From contig OZ024740.1 of NCBI GenBank assembly GCA_964016885.1, positions 145,018,001-145,082,000 on the forward strand: a stretch of DNA of 64,000 nucleotides, given 5' to 3'. Both the position numbers and the translations under genes were made by a program. This document shows positions 50,501-62,676 of the stretch, in pieces. The notes under the pieces are model-generated. The model saw only the letters and a program-made list of their open reading frames with translations. It did no database searches and had not been told where the DNA came from. Every line of letters begins with the position of its first letter. Positions within the stretch are counted from its first letter, which is position 1. This DNA is from Eledone cirrhosa (taxonomy: Eukaryota).

Positions 50501-53500
50501 CTACTTTACAGTGTGCACTGGGTGCATTATAAAGTTATAAAAATGTCAAATATAATATTGAAAGTACATGATCTCAACTATTTTGGTACCAACCCATATG
50601 AGACTGTGATGCCAAACCTTTAATTTTAAAGTGTTTTTATATAAATTAAAATCTTCCATCATATGTAAGAAGCTTTTTATGTTTCAAACGTGAGCTTAAT
50701 AGAAATAATTTATTTTACTGAATCTCTCCAAATGTTTGATTTTCTTAAAAATTAATTGTAACTGTATTTCATGAGGAAAAGTTATGAAAAGGGAAAGAAG
50801 AAATGAATGTTAGGTTTATTTCTATACTTACATTTTGACAGTATTTTCAAACAAAATTATGAAAACTTTTCATAATAGTATCATCATAAGCTTATTGCAG
50901 TCAGCCAACTTGGAGTGATTTATTTCCCAAAAGCCTGTCTTATTGTAAAACAGAATATCTTAATCTGATAACTCTTTTATGACCAGATTTTTAATGAAAT
51001 ATATTGCTTTAATTAATTTTGAAAATAGAGAATTCTGAGTGATTTAATGAAACAACCAATATTTTCATTTTTAATCTAGTCTTCGGAACATAACTTACCA
51101 AAAAATTCTGTAAAATTATGGTATACATTTTAATTTAAATATAAACATTTTAAAAATGTGATGACAGAACCAGGCAGGTTGGTATCAAGAGTTAAATTGA
51201 TGGTTTTGAGCTTTGATTAGACACCATTATCACTGCCTTAGTATAATTTATAAAAAGAAGCTAATTAATAAACTATTGAATAAAAAAAAAAAAAGAATCT
51301 ATAAACGATTATGATCAATATAATGTCGGTTAGTAGAAAATAATAAAATGAAAGCCTGATAAATGTTTCATGCCTAATGTTTAACTAATACAATGAGAGA
51401 GAGAGAAAGAGAGAGCACGAACCACACTATTGTTTTCATGGTTACAAATTTTCATGGAATATTGCTATACAAATCAACTCTGGCAAATTAAAATTTAATT
51501 TATTAATTCATTAGAGGTTTGGCTCTTTTATAACTCTAGAATCTGATCTTTGAGTGGAATGTTAACAACAGGTGTCAGCTCTTGACATTTTTATAGAGAA
51601 CTTTGAAAGTAAATTGCCTCACATTATTAAAAAATATATATCGAAAACAAAACAATAAAAAAAACAAAAAAATATATAAAACTACTCAACTTTGATTAGT
51701 GAAATGCAAATAAGTGTTAAGGAAAAAAGAAAAAAGGTTAATTATTAATGAAAATTGTTGAGCCTGCAACACTCTAAAGTGTATCCCAAATTGCAGTTTC
51801 TCTATTTATGTCTGAAGTAACTAGCTAATTGGAGAGAAAACGATCTTTTGTTAAAGAAATGATTCACTCGGGTTTCCATAAATTTCATATTCAATAAAAT
51901 ATTTTAGCAATTTTGATATGAATATATTATGAATTTTAAGAAATTTGTTTTATAAAGTCTTTTTAAAGCAATTCATGCATCAAATGAAGAGTTTGTTACA
52001 GTTGAATTACCAACATTTGTGGAAAATGGAAGATTTTTCATAACATTTTATTTACACAAAACTGCACTTAAATTTTTCAGTTCCTCCACCTCTCACTGAT
52101 AGTTTAAAATCAAAATACTGGTTAATGATTATATATATGATGTCTGTTTGTGTGTGGAATTTCAAGACTGATAGAAATAAAACAAAATCCCCATTTTCTA
52201 CCTATAAAATTTTAAACATTAACACAGTCTGAAAATATCTTAAATTCAAATGAAATGAAATCTTTACAAATTAAGGCAGTGAAGGGCACATATTATGTCA
52301 CTCAATCATAACTATATCCAACTTCACATAGTTCATTAGAGGGTTATATTCACAGATCTGTCAAAATGTTGTCTTTCATTCCTCAAACCCAAGAGGGAGT
52401 AGTTCTGCATAGTTGGTTGACGTGCTTGAAATAAGAAGTCAAATTATACCTTAGAAATAGCAATAAAATCTCCCTTAACTCTTTCATTATTGCATTTCTA
52501 ATGAAACACACTGCTGATGATTTACAAATAATTTTGAAGATAATCAAGAATTTGGAGGGTTTTAATAAAAATAACTTTCTCATTAAGTTGTTATTTGGAA
52601 AATAACTTAATGAAAGTTCTTGCATAAAATTATGGCAAGCAGATTTTAGATACACTTTAAAATTAACAGCTTTGTATCATAGAACCAGCGATGGTTGCTG
52701 GTGGTTTGGTATCAAAACAGTTTAAATCACATGCTTTCATCTAAAGGATGTAGACATTGGATAATGTAATCTTGGATATATTGTCTTAAAAGTATTACAG
52801 GGTGATCATGGTTAAAATAGCTTTGAACTTAGAAAATGGAGACCCAGGATAATGTAGTTCTGTATGCTATTACACATTAACCCTTTTGTGGCCAAATTTC
52901 TAATGAAATACACTTTCAATTAATTAATAAAGAATTTTGAGGGATTTACTATATTAATCTTAATTTTTTTCATTACTAAGATAATAGCTTAACATATGAT
53001 TCGAATATAGAATTATGTTGGAAGATTCAAATGTTGTTGGACCATCATTTCCGACAAGTGCTCTAGTTGTTCAAACAACATTCTGCTCATGAAATTAATG
53101 TATAAGTGACTGAGCATTCCTTTGACACATTTATCCTTAATGTAATTCTCAGGGAGATTCAGTATGTGACAAGGCTGGCCTTTTGAATTACATATACAAC
53201 TCATTTTTGCTAGCTGAGCAGACCAGAACATGAAATAGTGTCTTGCTAAAGGACACAACACACCTCCAGGAATGGAACTCATGACCTTACAATTGTGAAC
53301 TAAATACCTTATCCATTAAGCCACACACCTTCACTTTAATTTAAATAATTGGCTTTGTTTTATAGAACCAGTGCTGGATTTTGGCCTGGTTGGTAATGAA
53401 AGTATTAATCATAGGTTTGCTCTCTGGAGCTGACCTGGGGCTATATGATAACAACAACCACACAGCATTAGCATTATGGCAATTACCAATTCTGTTAAAG

Positions 53501-55029
53501 AAGGAGGGGAGGGGAACAAACAAAAAACATTAACATCCTAAAGAAATTAGTGTTGGTTTGCTAGAGCAATAAAATGTACAAATTGTTAAAAGTGTGTGTC
53601 ATAAAAATACATTATTTTTTGGCTTCTCTCTTTCTCTGTCTCAAAACAATAGTCTCAGCTTGCTATATAAAATGCTTCTCTACTCCCCTCACTCTCTATA
53701 TCTTATCTAATTATATCACTGAATACCATAATCTCTTCCCAGACATTTCTCTCTTCCTACCATTCTTTCTCCTTACTCTTCTCTCTCCCTTCTCTCTTTC
53801 TCTTTATTTCTTTTTCTCTTTTTCTATCTTTTTTTTTCTAGCTCTCTTTCTCTTCCTGGACTGAAAAAATATGATTAATTAGAGTTGATGTGATTAATAT
53901 TCATTTTTGATTTCCACATGTTGATACTTGTAAGGAAAGAAAACCAGAGGATGAAAGGGGTTCTGGAGAATTGCAGTTTATTGGGTAAACATTGAGAAAA
54001 TGTTTGGTGCAGAGTTTTAGGTGACAGGGTTGACTGGACTGAGGTGTACTTGATAGGTTGATACCAGCTTGTTGTTTCAGAGGAGCACGGGCCAATGGTA
54101 TGATGATAAAAGAATCAAAAACAGGACGCAGCATATCAATATCCTAGTATTTGTAGTGGCTTTGTAAGTTATTGTTAGACCTGTGTCACTTCCGATGAGT
54201 ATTCCAGTTGTACAAACAATAGAACAGCCAGTTTATGAAATTGTTGTGGTGGCTGAACATTCCACAGACACATGCACTCTTAATGTAGTTCTCAGGGAGA
54301 TTCAGCTTGACACAGTGTGTGTCAAAGCTGTCCTATTGAATTACAGATACAATTAATTTTTGCCAGCTGAATGAACTTGATTAATGTAAAATAAAGTGCC
54401 TTGCTCAGGGGAGTACAGCTTGTTGCAACCTTACAATAGTGAACAGAACATCCTAACCGCTAAGCCATGTGGTTTCATGGGTTTGCAAGTCATGGCTTCG
54501 CATGCATGCGAGAGAGAGCTGATTATGGTGGATGTGAGCAGCAATTTCGATGTTTAGCTTTAGCCCTAGGTCAAATGTATTCTGTGATCATTCCGTATTT
54601 CTTCCAATGTGTGTCTAGAATTCATCAGCTTTTTTGCAGTGGAATGATGGGGACCCCAGTCCTATCATCTCATTTCTACAGCTGAGTAAACTGGAGCAAT
54701 GTGAAATAAAGTGTCTTGCTCAAGGAAACACATCACCCGGTATGAGAATTGAACTCACAACCTTTCGATTGCAAGGCCAATGCTCTAACCACTAAGCCAT
54801 GTGCCTCCATAGATCTACAAAAGTGTGGGATATATAAGCAAGCTCTGATGCACATCAATTAAATAGAATATGGTTTATAAATGGCTTCAACATCACACAC
54901 TACTGTGGAATGATCTGACAGAATTTTAAGATGGGTGGCTTCCATATGTAGGCAATTTTGTCTGGAGGTTCTTATATCAAATAGGGTGGAAGGTTCTGAT
55001 TCGCTATCTTCAATTTTGTATTTATGTCT

Positions 55030-55420
55030 ACCCTAATTTATAGTCATGAATCTTGGGTAATGACCAAAAGAATATGATCATGAATGCAACTGGCTAAAAT
55101 GGGGGTTCCTCTGAAGAGTCTTTGGAGTAACGTTACTCTATAGCATGTGTATCTCAGATATCAGTCATTTCAGGTAGAACTGCTACTTCTCCAAATTCTC
55201 AGTTTCAATACTATGGACATGTGGTCAGAATGCCTAAGGAAAGAATCACTGGACAGATTTTACAGGCAAAACGAACTGGCGAGAAACCCAGGAGTAGACC
55301 ATGAGCTCGGTTGGTCTCACTTGAGGATCTAGCTAGATCAATTGGAAACAGTTGCTTCTGACAGGACCCGCTGGAAGGTGTACTTGAGGACTATGCTCCC
55401 ACAACCCTCCCTGGAATAAG
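55030..55420 (+). mobile_element. Degenerate RTE-like C-terminal fragment
   Basis: LIYSHESWVMT...MGFL motif remnants. Confidence 0.5.
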
Positions 55421-55679
55421 TGGATGCAGAAGCTTTGTTGATGTCAAACACAACATTGTTTTCATGAAAGTTCTCAAGAACTAGAAACCACTCGTGTGTG
55501 ACATCCTGTATAGACTGAAATTATAATTTGTTAGAAATATTTTCTCTTTCTCCCCCCCCCCCCCCTCTCTCATTTCAAAATCATTTTAGAAACAATCTAA
55601 ATTAGAATTAACATACTTTATCCATTTCTGTCTTATTTCCTCCATTCTAATGAGAATGTAAATTATTATTATTATAATC

Positions 55680-55843
55680 GATTGGCAGTATTGGTAGAGG
55701 GTTCGACACCGTGTTTTCCAGAATTAAGTTCAAATCCTGCCGAGATTAACTCTGCCTTTCATCCTTACGTGGTCGATAAAATAAAGTACCAGTAATGTAC
55801 TGGGTAATTGCTGGCCTTGTGTCAAAAGTAGAAACAATTATTA
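55680..55843 (+). mobile_element. tRNA-SINE (Nin/Deu-like core)
   Basis: Matches the 27530 family; a diverged minus-strand relative follows at about 55905-56030. Confidence 0.8.
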
Positions 55844-56814
55844 TTATTCAATTTCAATTTAATAAGACTGATGAATCAAGATTAAATTATAGTAGTAGTA
55901 ATACTAATGATTTCTAATTTAGGCACAATACCAGCAATTTGAGGGGAGGGGAAAGTCAATTAAATTGACCCCAGTACTTGATTGGTATTTTTTTTACCCC
56001 AGAAGGATGAAAGCAAAGTTGACCACGGTATTTTTTTTTATCAATTCACACTGAAATTTTATTTCTTTAAACTAAATTTTAATAAATTTTAATTTTAATA
56101 TCAATTGAAAACAGCCTCTATATATTTGCAAAAAATACTTATCTGAATTGTGTATGTTCTATGTTATATATGTCATCTTTTCTTCTGCTCTTAAGTGCTA
56201 TTTTACTGTCTGACATAAACACTGAGCTTTATTGACCGGCAGTCTCTCTTCAGTTAACTGTGTGTGTTATATATATATCAATATACTTACTTTCTAATTA
56301 TGCTATATTTTGAATATATATCTTATTGATTAAAACCTTTTTATATTAAAAGGAAATAATCTGTAAAAACATAGTCAAAATTCCATTTGCTTATTTAACT
56401 GAATGTCTAAAGAACAGAATACTTAGAGAAATGGTGGTCAGTATTTAGCCCTAGGTCAGCCCTGATCAAGCAGTTACGATTAAAGGTGTTCCAGCTATGA
56501 TCAGTGCTTGTCTTTTTTTTTTTTTCTTTCTTTTATTAATTCTTTCTTTTTAGATTAGTCGGGTGTGACATGGAGATCTTGGTCGCTTTTTATAGCCTGT
56601 TGTTTGACCACATAGAAGTTCCTTCGTTGGCCCATTGTGTTGGCTATGATGGTAGTAGTGATGACAATATTGTTGGTTAAGTTGAAGGTTGTGCTAATAA
56701 TGGTGGTGATGAGAATTATAATCATGGTTATAATAATATTAATTCCTTGAGACCAACAGTAACATTTTTACAGTTTGCATTTATCTAAATGTATATTTTT
56801 CTTTTCTTTTCCAG

Positions 56815-56975
56815 ACACTGCTGTTTTGGACTGGTGTATTTGTCGGATGGGCTGTTATCATCCAGCTGTTGATGTTCTTATACATCTGTTGCATTTGTTG
56901 CAAGAAGAAAAAAAAGAAGCATCGAGAAGTGAAATGCATACGATGTTTCATGGCAATTTTCATATTTGTTTGCGC
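56815..56975 (+). CDS. TTYH: Tweety/TTYH family protein, internal exon (TM1, Cys/Lys-rich loop, start of TM2)
   Basis: Polypyrimidine tract plus CCAG acceptor and GC|GTAAGT donor. Encodes TLLFWTGVFVGWAVIIQLLMFLYICCICCKKKKKKHREVKCIRCFMAIFIFVC. Its phase-2 end joins the next exon in frame. Confidence 0.85.
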
Positions 56976-57404
56976 GTAAGTACTTTTTTTCTTCTTTGCT
57001 ACCTACTTCCTAACTAACAAAAGTTGGTGGGTGCAATGTCAGGTTACAGGTGACACATTAATCAGAAGGCTATGGTTTTAACTACTATAATCTATTGGAG
57101 AAGTGGCAGGCAAGGATTTGCTAAGCTGGAGTTATGTAGATGAAAAACAGAACACTTACGTTGGATAAAATTGTAGAAATATTTTTATAAAAATAACCAT
57201 TATCCTTTTTAGGAATGGAAAAACTCCTTAGATATTCTATTTTTTTATGTCTTTTCTGTCTAAAAAGATTATTATTAGAAACAATAAAACAAAATCAGAA
57301 CAAATTCCTTATAAATAGATAAAACTTAAATCTCCCCCTTGGATAAGATGGATACTAGTTTTTGAAAATTATAATGTAGTTGTCCCAACGCAGATAGCTA
57401 TAAT

Positions 57405-57577
57405 AATTGTTTCTACTTTTGGCACAAGGCCAGCAATTACCCAGTGTATTACTGGTACTTTATTTTATCAACCCCCGTAAGGATGACAGGCAAAGTTAAC
57501 CTCGGCGGGATTTGAACTCAGACCGTAAAGGGACGTAACTCTATGCTTCAAAGCATGGTGTCCGACTCTCTACCGAT
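57405..57577 (-). mobile_element. tRNA-SINE (Nin/Deu-like core)
   Basis: Reverse complement of the 27530 family. Confidence 0.8.
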
Positions 57578-57780
57578 AAATGATAGTAGAAAAAAAATCA
57601 GATAAAGTATTCTTCAAGTCAGAAAAATGTCTCCAGGGTATTTTACTTGATTTTTTAAAACTATTATTTTGCATTGGGATGACAATTTTTTAACTGGATG
57701 TTTATACTAGTTTTTGAAGAATTTCAATTTGTAACAGTATTGTTTTTCTGTGTACATTTTCTGCTGATACTGTGTCTATA

Positions 57781-57825
<45 letters not shown>

Positions 57826-58286
57826 GAATAATCGAGTATCGGAAAATCAGCTCACGAATTTACGATAAACAAAATCCGACATGAGTGGCAGAGGGCTCAA
57901 TAATTCAGATAAATCAGAGCTATAACTATCGTTAAGATACCAACACACAAAGATTATGCCTAAAATCACCCAAGCAGCCGAAAAATAACGACCAGGAAGA
58001 TTCGGGTCACTCAGATAAAATATCAATAAATCAATAAATCATATGAATGTAAAAAACTTACCTGGACCCACTAGAAAGGTGGTAAATCTAGCTTCTTGGG
58101 TTTCTGCTAATCCTTAATCCGCCCCCTATCAGCCCACATAAAAATATATAAGACTTCTAGGGAGAAGAGGGACTGGAATAACTTTATCAACGGGCCATTG
58201 TCCGACGAATGAAGAAATTAACTAAGGCTAAACGCACATGGAGTCCAGCAAGGGAGATAACCTCTATATTCGCGAAAGATAATCGG

Positions 58287-58326
<40 letters not shown>

Positions 58327-58382
58327 ATACTTTGGGAGGGTCAAGAAACGCATGCACCAGTTGCTTTCACTCCAATTTATTA

Positions 58383-58425
<43 letters not shown>

Positions 58426-58478
58426 ATAAGTTTCCGGTTGGTTGGTTGGTTCCACAACCGGACGGTTATTCATATATT

Positions 58479-58521
58479 GTCAAAGTTCTTTCGTCACACA
58501 TTCTGTGACCTCTTCAGTGAC
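58479..58521 (-). ncRNA. Minimal type I hammerhead-like fold, inverted copy
   Basis: Reverse complement of 59088-59130. Confidence 0.65.
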
Positions 58522-59087
58522 TGGGGATTCTTTTCTTTGTTTTGTGCCTCTCCTTTGTTCTGTCATATGCCATCTTGTTTTTGTGTGTGTTGTGTGCTTA
58601 GTTTGTGCATGTGTTACATCCGGGTGTCTGTGTGTGTTTTTATTTGTTTATTTACATGTTACTGGTTTGTTGTTTGTTCTATGTGTGTGTGTTTTCATTT
58701 TGTCCTTAATTGTAAGTTGTGATGTTGCTATTCCATTCATGTTTTCTATTTAATTTTGGTTGGAGTTCATTTATGTTTATTGCACACACAGAAAAGACGC
58801 AATGTTTAGACAAAAAACAGAGGCAATAAACATAAATGAACTCCAACCAAAGTTAAATAGAAAACATGAATGGAATAGCAACATCACAACTTACAATTAA
58901 GGACAAAATGAAAACACACACATAGAACAAACAACAAACCAGTAACATGTAAATAAACAAATAAACAAATAAAAACAAATAAAAACACACAGACACCTGG
59001 ATGTAACACATGCGCAAACTAAGCACACAACACACACACAAACAAGATGGCGTAGGACAGAACAAAGGAGAGGCACAAAACAAAAAA

Positions 59088-59130
59088 GTCACTGAAGAGG
59101 TCACAGAATGTGTGACGAAAGAACTTTGAC
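59088..59130 (+). ncRNA. Minimal type I hammerhead-like fold
   Basis: Sequence GTCA-CTGAAGA-G-GTCACA-GAATG-TGTGAC-GAA-AGAACT-T-TGAC. Stem I is 4 bp, stem II 6 bp and stem III 2 bp; the triplet is CUU. Confidence 0.65.
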
Positions 59131-59414
59131 AATATATGAACAACCGTCTGGTTGTGGAACCAACCAACCAGCCACCGGAAATTTATAAATTTTTAATTTA
59201 TAATAAATTGGAGTGAAAGTAACTGGTGCATGTGTTTCTTATTGGCAACATGATCCTCCCAAAGTATAACAATATCGGTTTTAACACACGTTTTCAGATA
59301 AAGAATCTTGCTACAAATTCAGAAACGAAATCATCATCATCATCGTTTAACATCCATCTTCCACGCTTGCTTGGGTTTGAAATATATATATATATATATA
59401 TATATATGCAAGTG

Positions 59415-59695
59415 GTCATGCTGGTGACATGACAATAAGAAGCTAGTCCACCTTGTAGTTGGTCAAGCTGGTACTACGATGAAAAAGCATCCAATCCACC
59501 GTTATATGGTCGTTCTGATGCTACAATAAAAAGCACCCAACCTATCTTGTAATGTGGTTTGTATTAGGAAAGGCATCCAGCTATAGAAATCAAGCCAAAA
59601 ACAGATTTGTATGAGCAAGACAAAGTCACCTGACCTAATTTGTCTCATAATGTGACAAGTTTGGAGAATAGACGTTAAACAATGATGATGATGAA
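59415..59695 (+). mobile_element. RTE 3' UTR-derived fragment
   Basis: Repeat units, aggcatccagc motif and (GAT)n tail. Confidence 0.6.
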
Positions 59696-60659
59696 CAATA
59701 AGACAATGAATCACTTGTGAACCTCACAGTAATGTTATTGGCTATGGCACTTATATCGAGTTAGCCATGTAAATTTCACTGTGATTGACCAGATGCAAAC
59801 TGCTCACTTCTTTTATGGATGTCCAGAACTTTCTCATCCCAGTTGACTTACAAAGCATTGGGAAATTTGAAAATATAATTGTCTCAATCCAGATAACTAT
59901 AATAATAGTTGATCTCTAAAACTAATAGTTGAAAATAATCGGGTAGATATCTCTGGAGATGGAAACAGTAAAACAGAGACAGGTGTCTCTTTATTATAGT
60001 TATCTGCATTGGGGTGATTATATTTTCAAGTTTATCCAGAGAAGGAGGGGCAATATTCCTGACACTTATTAGGTAGGGCCTTTTAAACTTTCTATCACTC
60101 TTTCTCTGGAAGAAATTGGCTGTGTTCAGACATGGCGAGGGGCTGGGCTCGACCAGGTTTAAAATGTTTAAGACATGCATTTCATTACAACATCCCTGTG
60201 ACCTCTTTAGGAGTTAAGGGTTTATATATATATATCTAGAAGACCTATGATTGTTGCCCCAGCCATGATCATTCTGTCATTTCCCCATACATTATACAAT
60301 GTATTTCTAGATATACTAGGTTCTTCCTCAAGACATCTTAGTATCCTAAAAGAGGATATTTGGCTTGTCCCTGTGTATCTAACAGGGTGGCACTGTTATA
60401 AACAACTAAGCCCCCAGCTTTCTTTGTCTTCTGTCTTGATTTTGATGTAAGAAAAGAAAAATATAAAGCAGCTTTATTCATTCAACAGCAAGGTATATCT
60501 TAGAGCTTTTACATCTCCAGATAAGCACAAGCCATTTTTTAATTTTTATGAAACAATTGGGCCAATAGAATGACCAAAATGCCATTTTCATGATAGAAAT
60601 AGATCGGTCTCTGAATATGCATGTCAAGTTGCTCTTGAACACCATTGGTAACATGTACT

Positions 60660-61530
60660 ACAGTACGGCCTGTCGGGTTATAGCTGACTAAGCTGATTCG
60701 GCGAGGAGGGGGATTTTCTGAACATGTGGGACTAAAAACAAAACCCGTCGAAGGGCAGAGGAACTCAAGAGTGTCAATAGCAATCCAAAAGTTTTACTAA
60801 GAGATGAAACTCTAATACAAAGCCTGAAGATGAATCAGTTGCTGGTTTTGTCTGAAAAGTGGGCATGGTTCTGTGAAGTCTACCAGAGGAAAAAGGCCAG
60901 AGCATAAACCAAAGAAGCAGTTTGTATGTCATAAAAGACAATCTCAAAGTTCTGAAGATTGATATGGAGAACTGGGAGAGACTGGCTGAAGGCCGTACAT
61001 TATGGAGAAAGATCATGAAATATAGATGTGATATCTTTGAGAAAAAGCGAGTGGAGCATGCTGTTTTGAAGCATTCATTTTGTAAGCAGGACTCAAGTGC
61101 AGTTCCTGCAAAAATCCAGCAAGAATTAAGGTGCAATGTATGTGGCCGATTTCTTCTAACAAGAGCTGGTTTTGTTAACTATCTAAAATCACACGAGCCG
61201 GGAAGAAATTGAGCCAACTGCGAGATGGTTCTATTGCCACACTCCACAGTACATTTGCAGTGAGTACCTTAATTTGCAAATCAGTGGGTGGACTGACCAG
61301 ATATGGTAAAATGCATGAAGACTCACCCCAGCCAGTATTGCCAGGAGACAAATTGTCCAAGTGTCGCGTATGTGAACATACCTCCAAAACAAAAGCAGGT
61401 CTGAAAAATCACCTGCGTGCTCATGATTGTGCAATGTTCAATGAATAGATGGTACTCTTCTGACAAGAAGTAGCAATCATGTATGTATATATATATGTAT
61501 GTGTGTATGTATGTATGTATGTGTGTATGT
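60660..61530 (+). mobile_element. RTE-like LINE 3' end with C2H2 zinc fingers and a (TATG)n tail; probably internally deleted
   Basis: IKDNLKVLKIDMENWERLAEGRTLWR, CNVCGR..GFVNYLKSH and CRVCEH..AGLKNHLRAH. Confidence 0.7.
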
Positions 61531-61684
61531 ATATTGTCTATTGAGAATCAAATTACATTTCCCACAGTTTTTCAAAAAAGACCCTTAATTCTGTTTATAT
61601 TGTAAAAATAGTTGCCTCCTTTAGAAGCATGTGTAAATTTATCTCTAAAGATTGGCTGAATTCTTCTACTGTTGCTGTTTACAG

Positions 61685-61796
61685 AGGTTCCCTTGCTGTT
61701 GGTTTCTATGGTAACGAGGAGACAAACAGGGGAATGATTAAATTCATGAATCATTTGAAATCCACAACTGGTACAATTCGTGGCTCCCTATCAACA
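61685..61796 (+). CDS. TTYH: Tweety/TTYH family protein, internal exon (end of TM2, GFYGN motif)
   Basis: TTTACAG acceptor and ACA|GTAAGT donor; 112 nt. Encodes GSLAVGFYGNEETNRGMIKFMNHLKSTTGTIRGSLST, matching the conserved Tweety G.GFYGN.ET..G signature. Confidence 0.92.
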
Positions 61797-62440
61797 GTAA
61801 GTGATACATTTCTCTTCTGTCTTTAGTCTCTCTTGATTTTAATTTCTAAAAATAATATGGCATAGTGTTGTCAGATGATAAAGGGCAGCACCCGTAATCT
61901 TTGCATTGCCTCCAAGACTGCTGGTTGAGGAGAAAAGAAAACATGACTCATGAATTGCTGTATTAGGAAGCAGTGAATTATTATAGTGGGTTGTCCTCGG
62001 TCTAGAATGCGTTAAACTAAGTTTACTATTCAAGTGGAAATGCACTAAAACATCTGACATTATACGTAGAAGATATTACTGACTTGGAAAATGTTGGAAT
62101 TAATGAAGTAGTTGCTTAACTCTTTTGATACCAAGCTGGCTGAAACTGTCTCTGGTTCTATAAAACAAAACTACCCTTCAAAATTCTTAATTAATTGAAA
62201 TATTATATTTCATAACAAATATGGTCACAAAAATGTTAAGAATAAGAGAGTACAAGGAATGGTGGAGAGTGTGTGAGTAGAGGTGAGGAAAATAAACTGA
62301 GATAACTTAGAATATAGAGCAATGGAGGTTAAAGAAGAGACAGAAGTAGGTGCGAGATTGGTAGATGGAATAACTATAGGATAATAACTATAATGCTTTT
62401 AAATTATTGCTTTAATCCTCCCTTTTTATTATCCTTTTAG

Positions 62441-62676
62441 ATTGAAACAATAGACCAGTTATCATCCAGAATCACTCATAATGTAGCTGAAGTGAAACTA
62501 ATCTTCCATAACTCGATAAAGAATAAAACTGTGTCTCGTGATGCAATTGAGCTGGTTGAGAAGTTCATCTACAACACAAAACAAATGCGAGATTATTGCT
62601 CTTTCATCCGACAACAAACGGAACATAATCGACTGGACACAATATCCACCCTTACGTCACTAGTGGAACCCTACAG
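62441..62676 (+). CDS. TTYH: Tweety/TTYH family protein, internal exon (extracellular helical domain up to E.YR|W)
   Basis: CCTTTTAG acceptor and AG|GTAAGG donor; 236 nt, phase 0 start, open frame IETIDQLSSRITHNVAEVKLIF...TLTSLVEPYR. The ending matches the Tweety E.YRW motif before TM3. Confidence 0.88.

Larger units (their letters stand above)
58319..59275. mobile_element. Long imperfect inverted repeat (arms 58319-58783 and 58823-59275), Penelope-pLTR/retrozyme-like, next to (TA)n
   Basis: The arms are reverse complements, and ORFs 58442..58753(+) and 58853..59167(-) give near-identical translations. Spacer is 39 nt. Each arm has a hammerhead fold. Confidence 0.9.

Noticed and set aside
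56775-57017. 80-aa ORF in the track
   Set aside because: Alternative frame over the tweety exon; splice phases support the TLLFWTG frame.
60922-61448. Host C2H2 zinc-finger gene
   Set aside because: The fingers follow an RTE C-terminal motif and precede a microsatellite tail, and the region is frameshifted.
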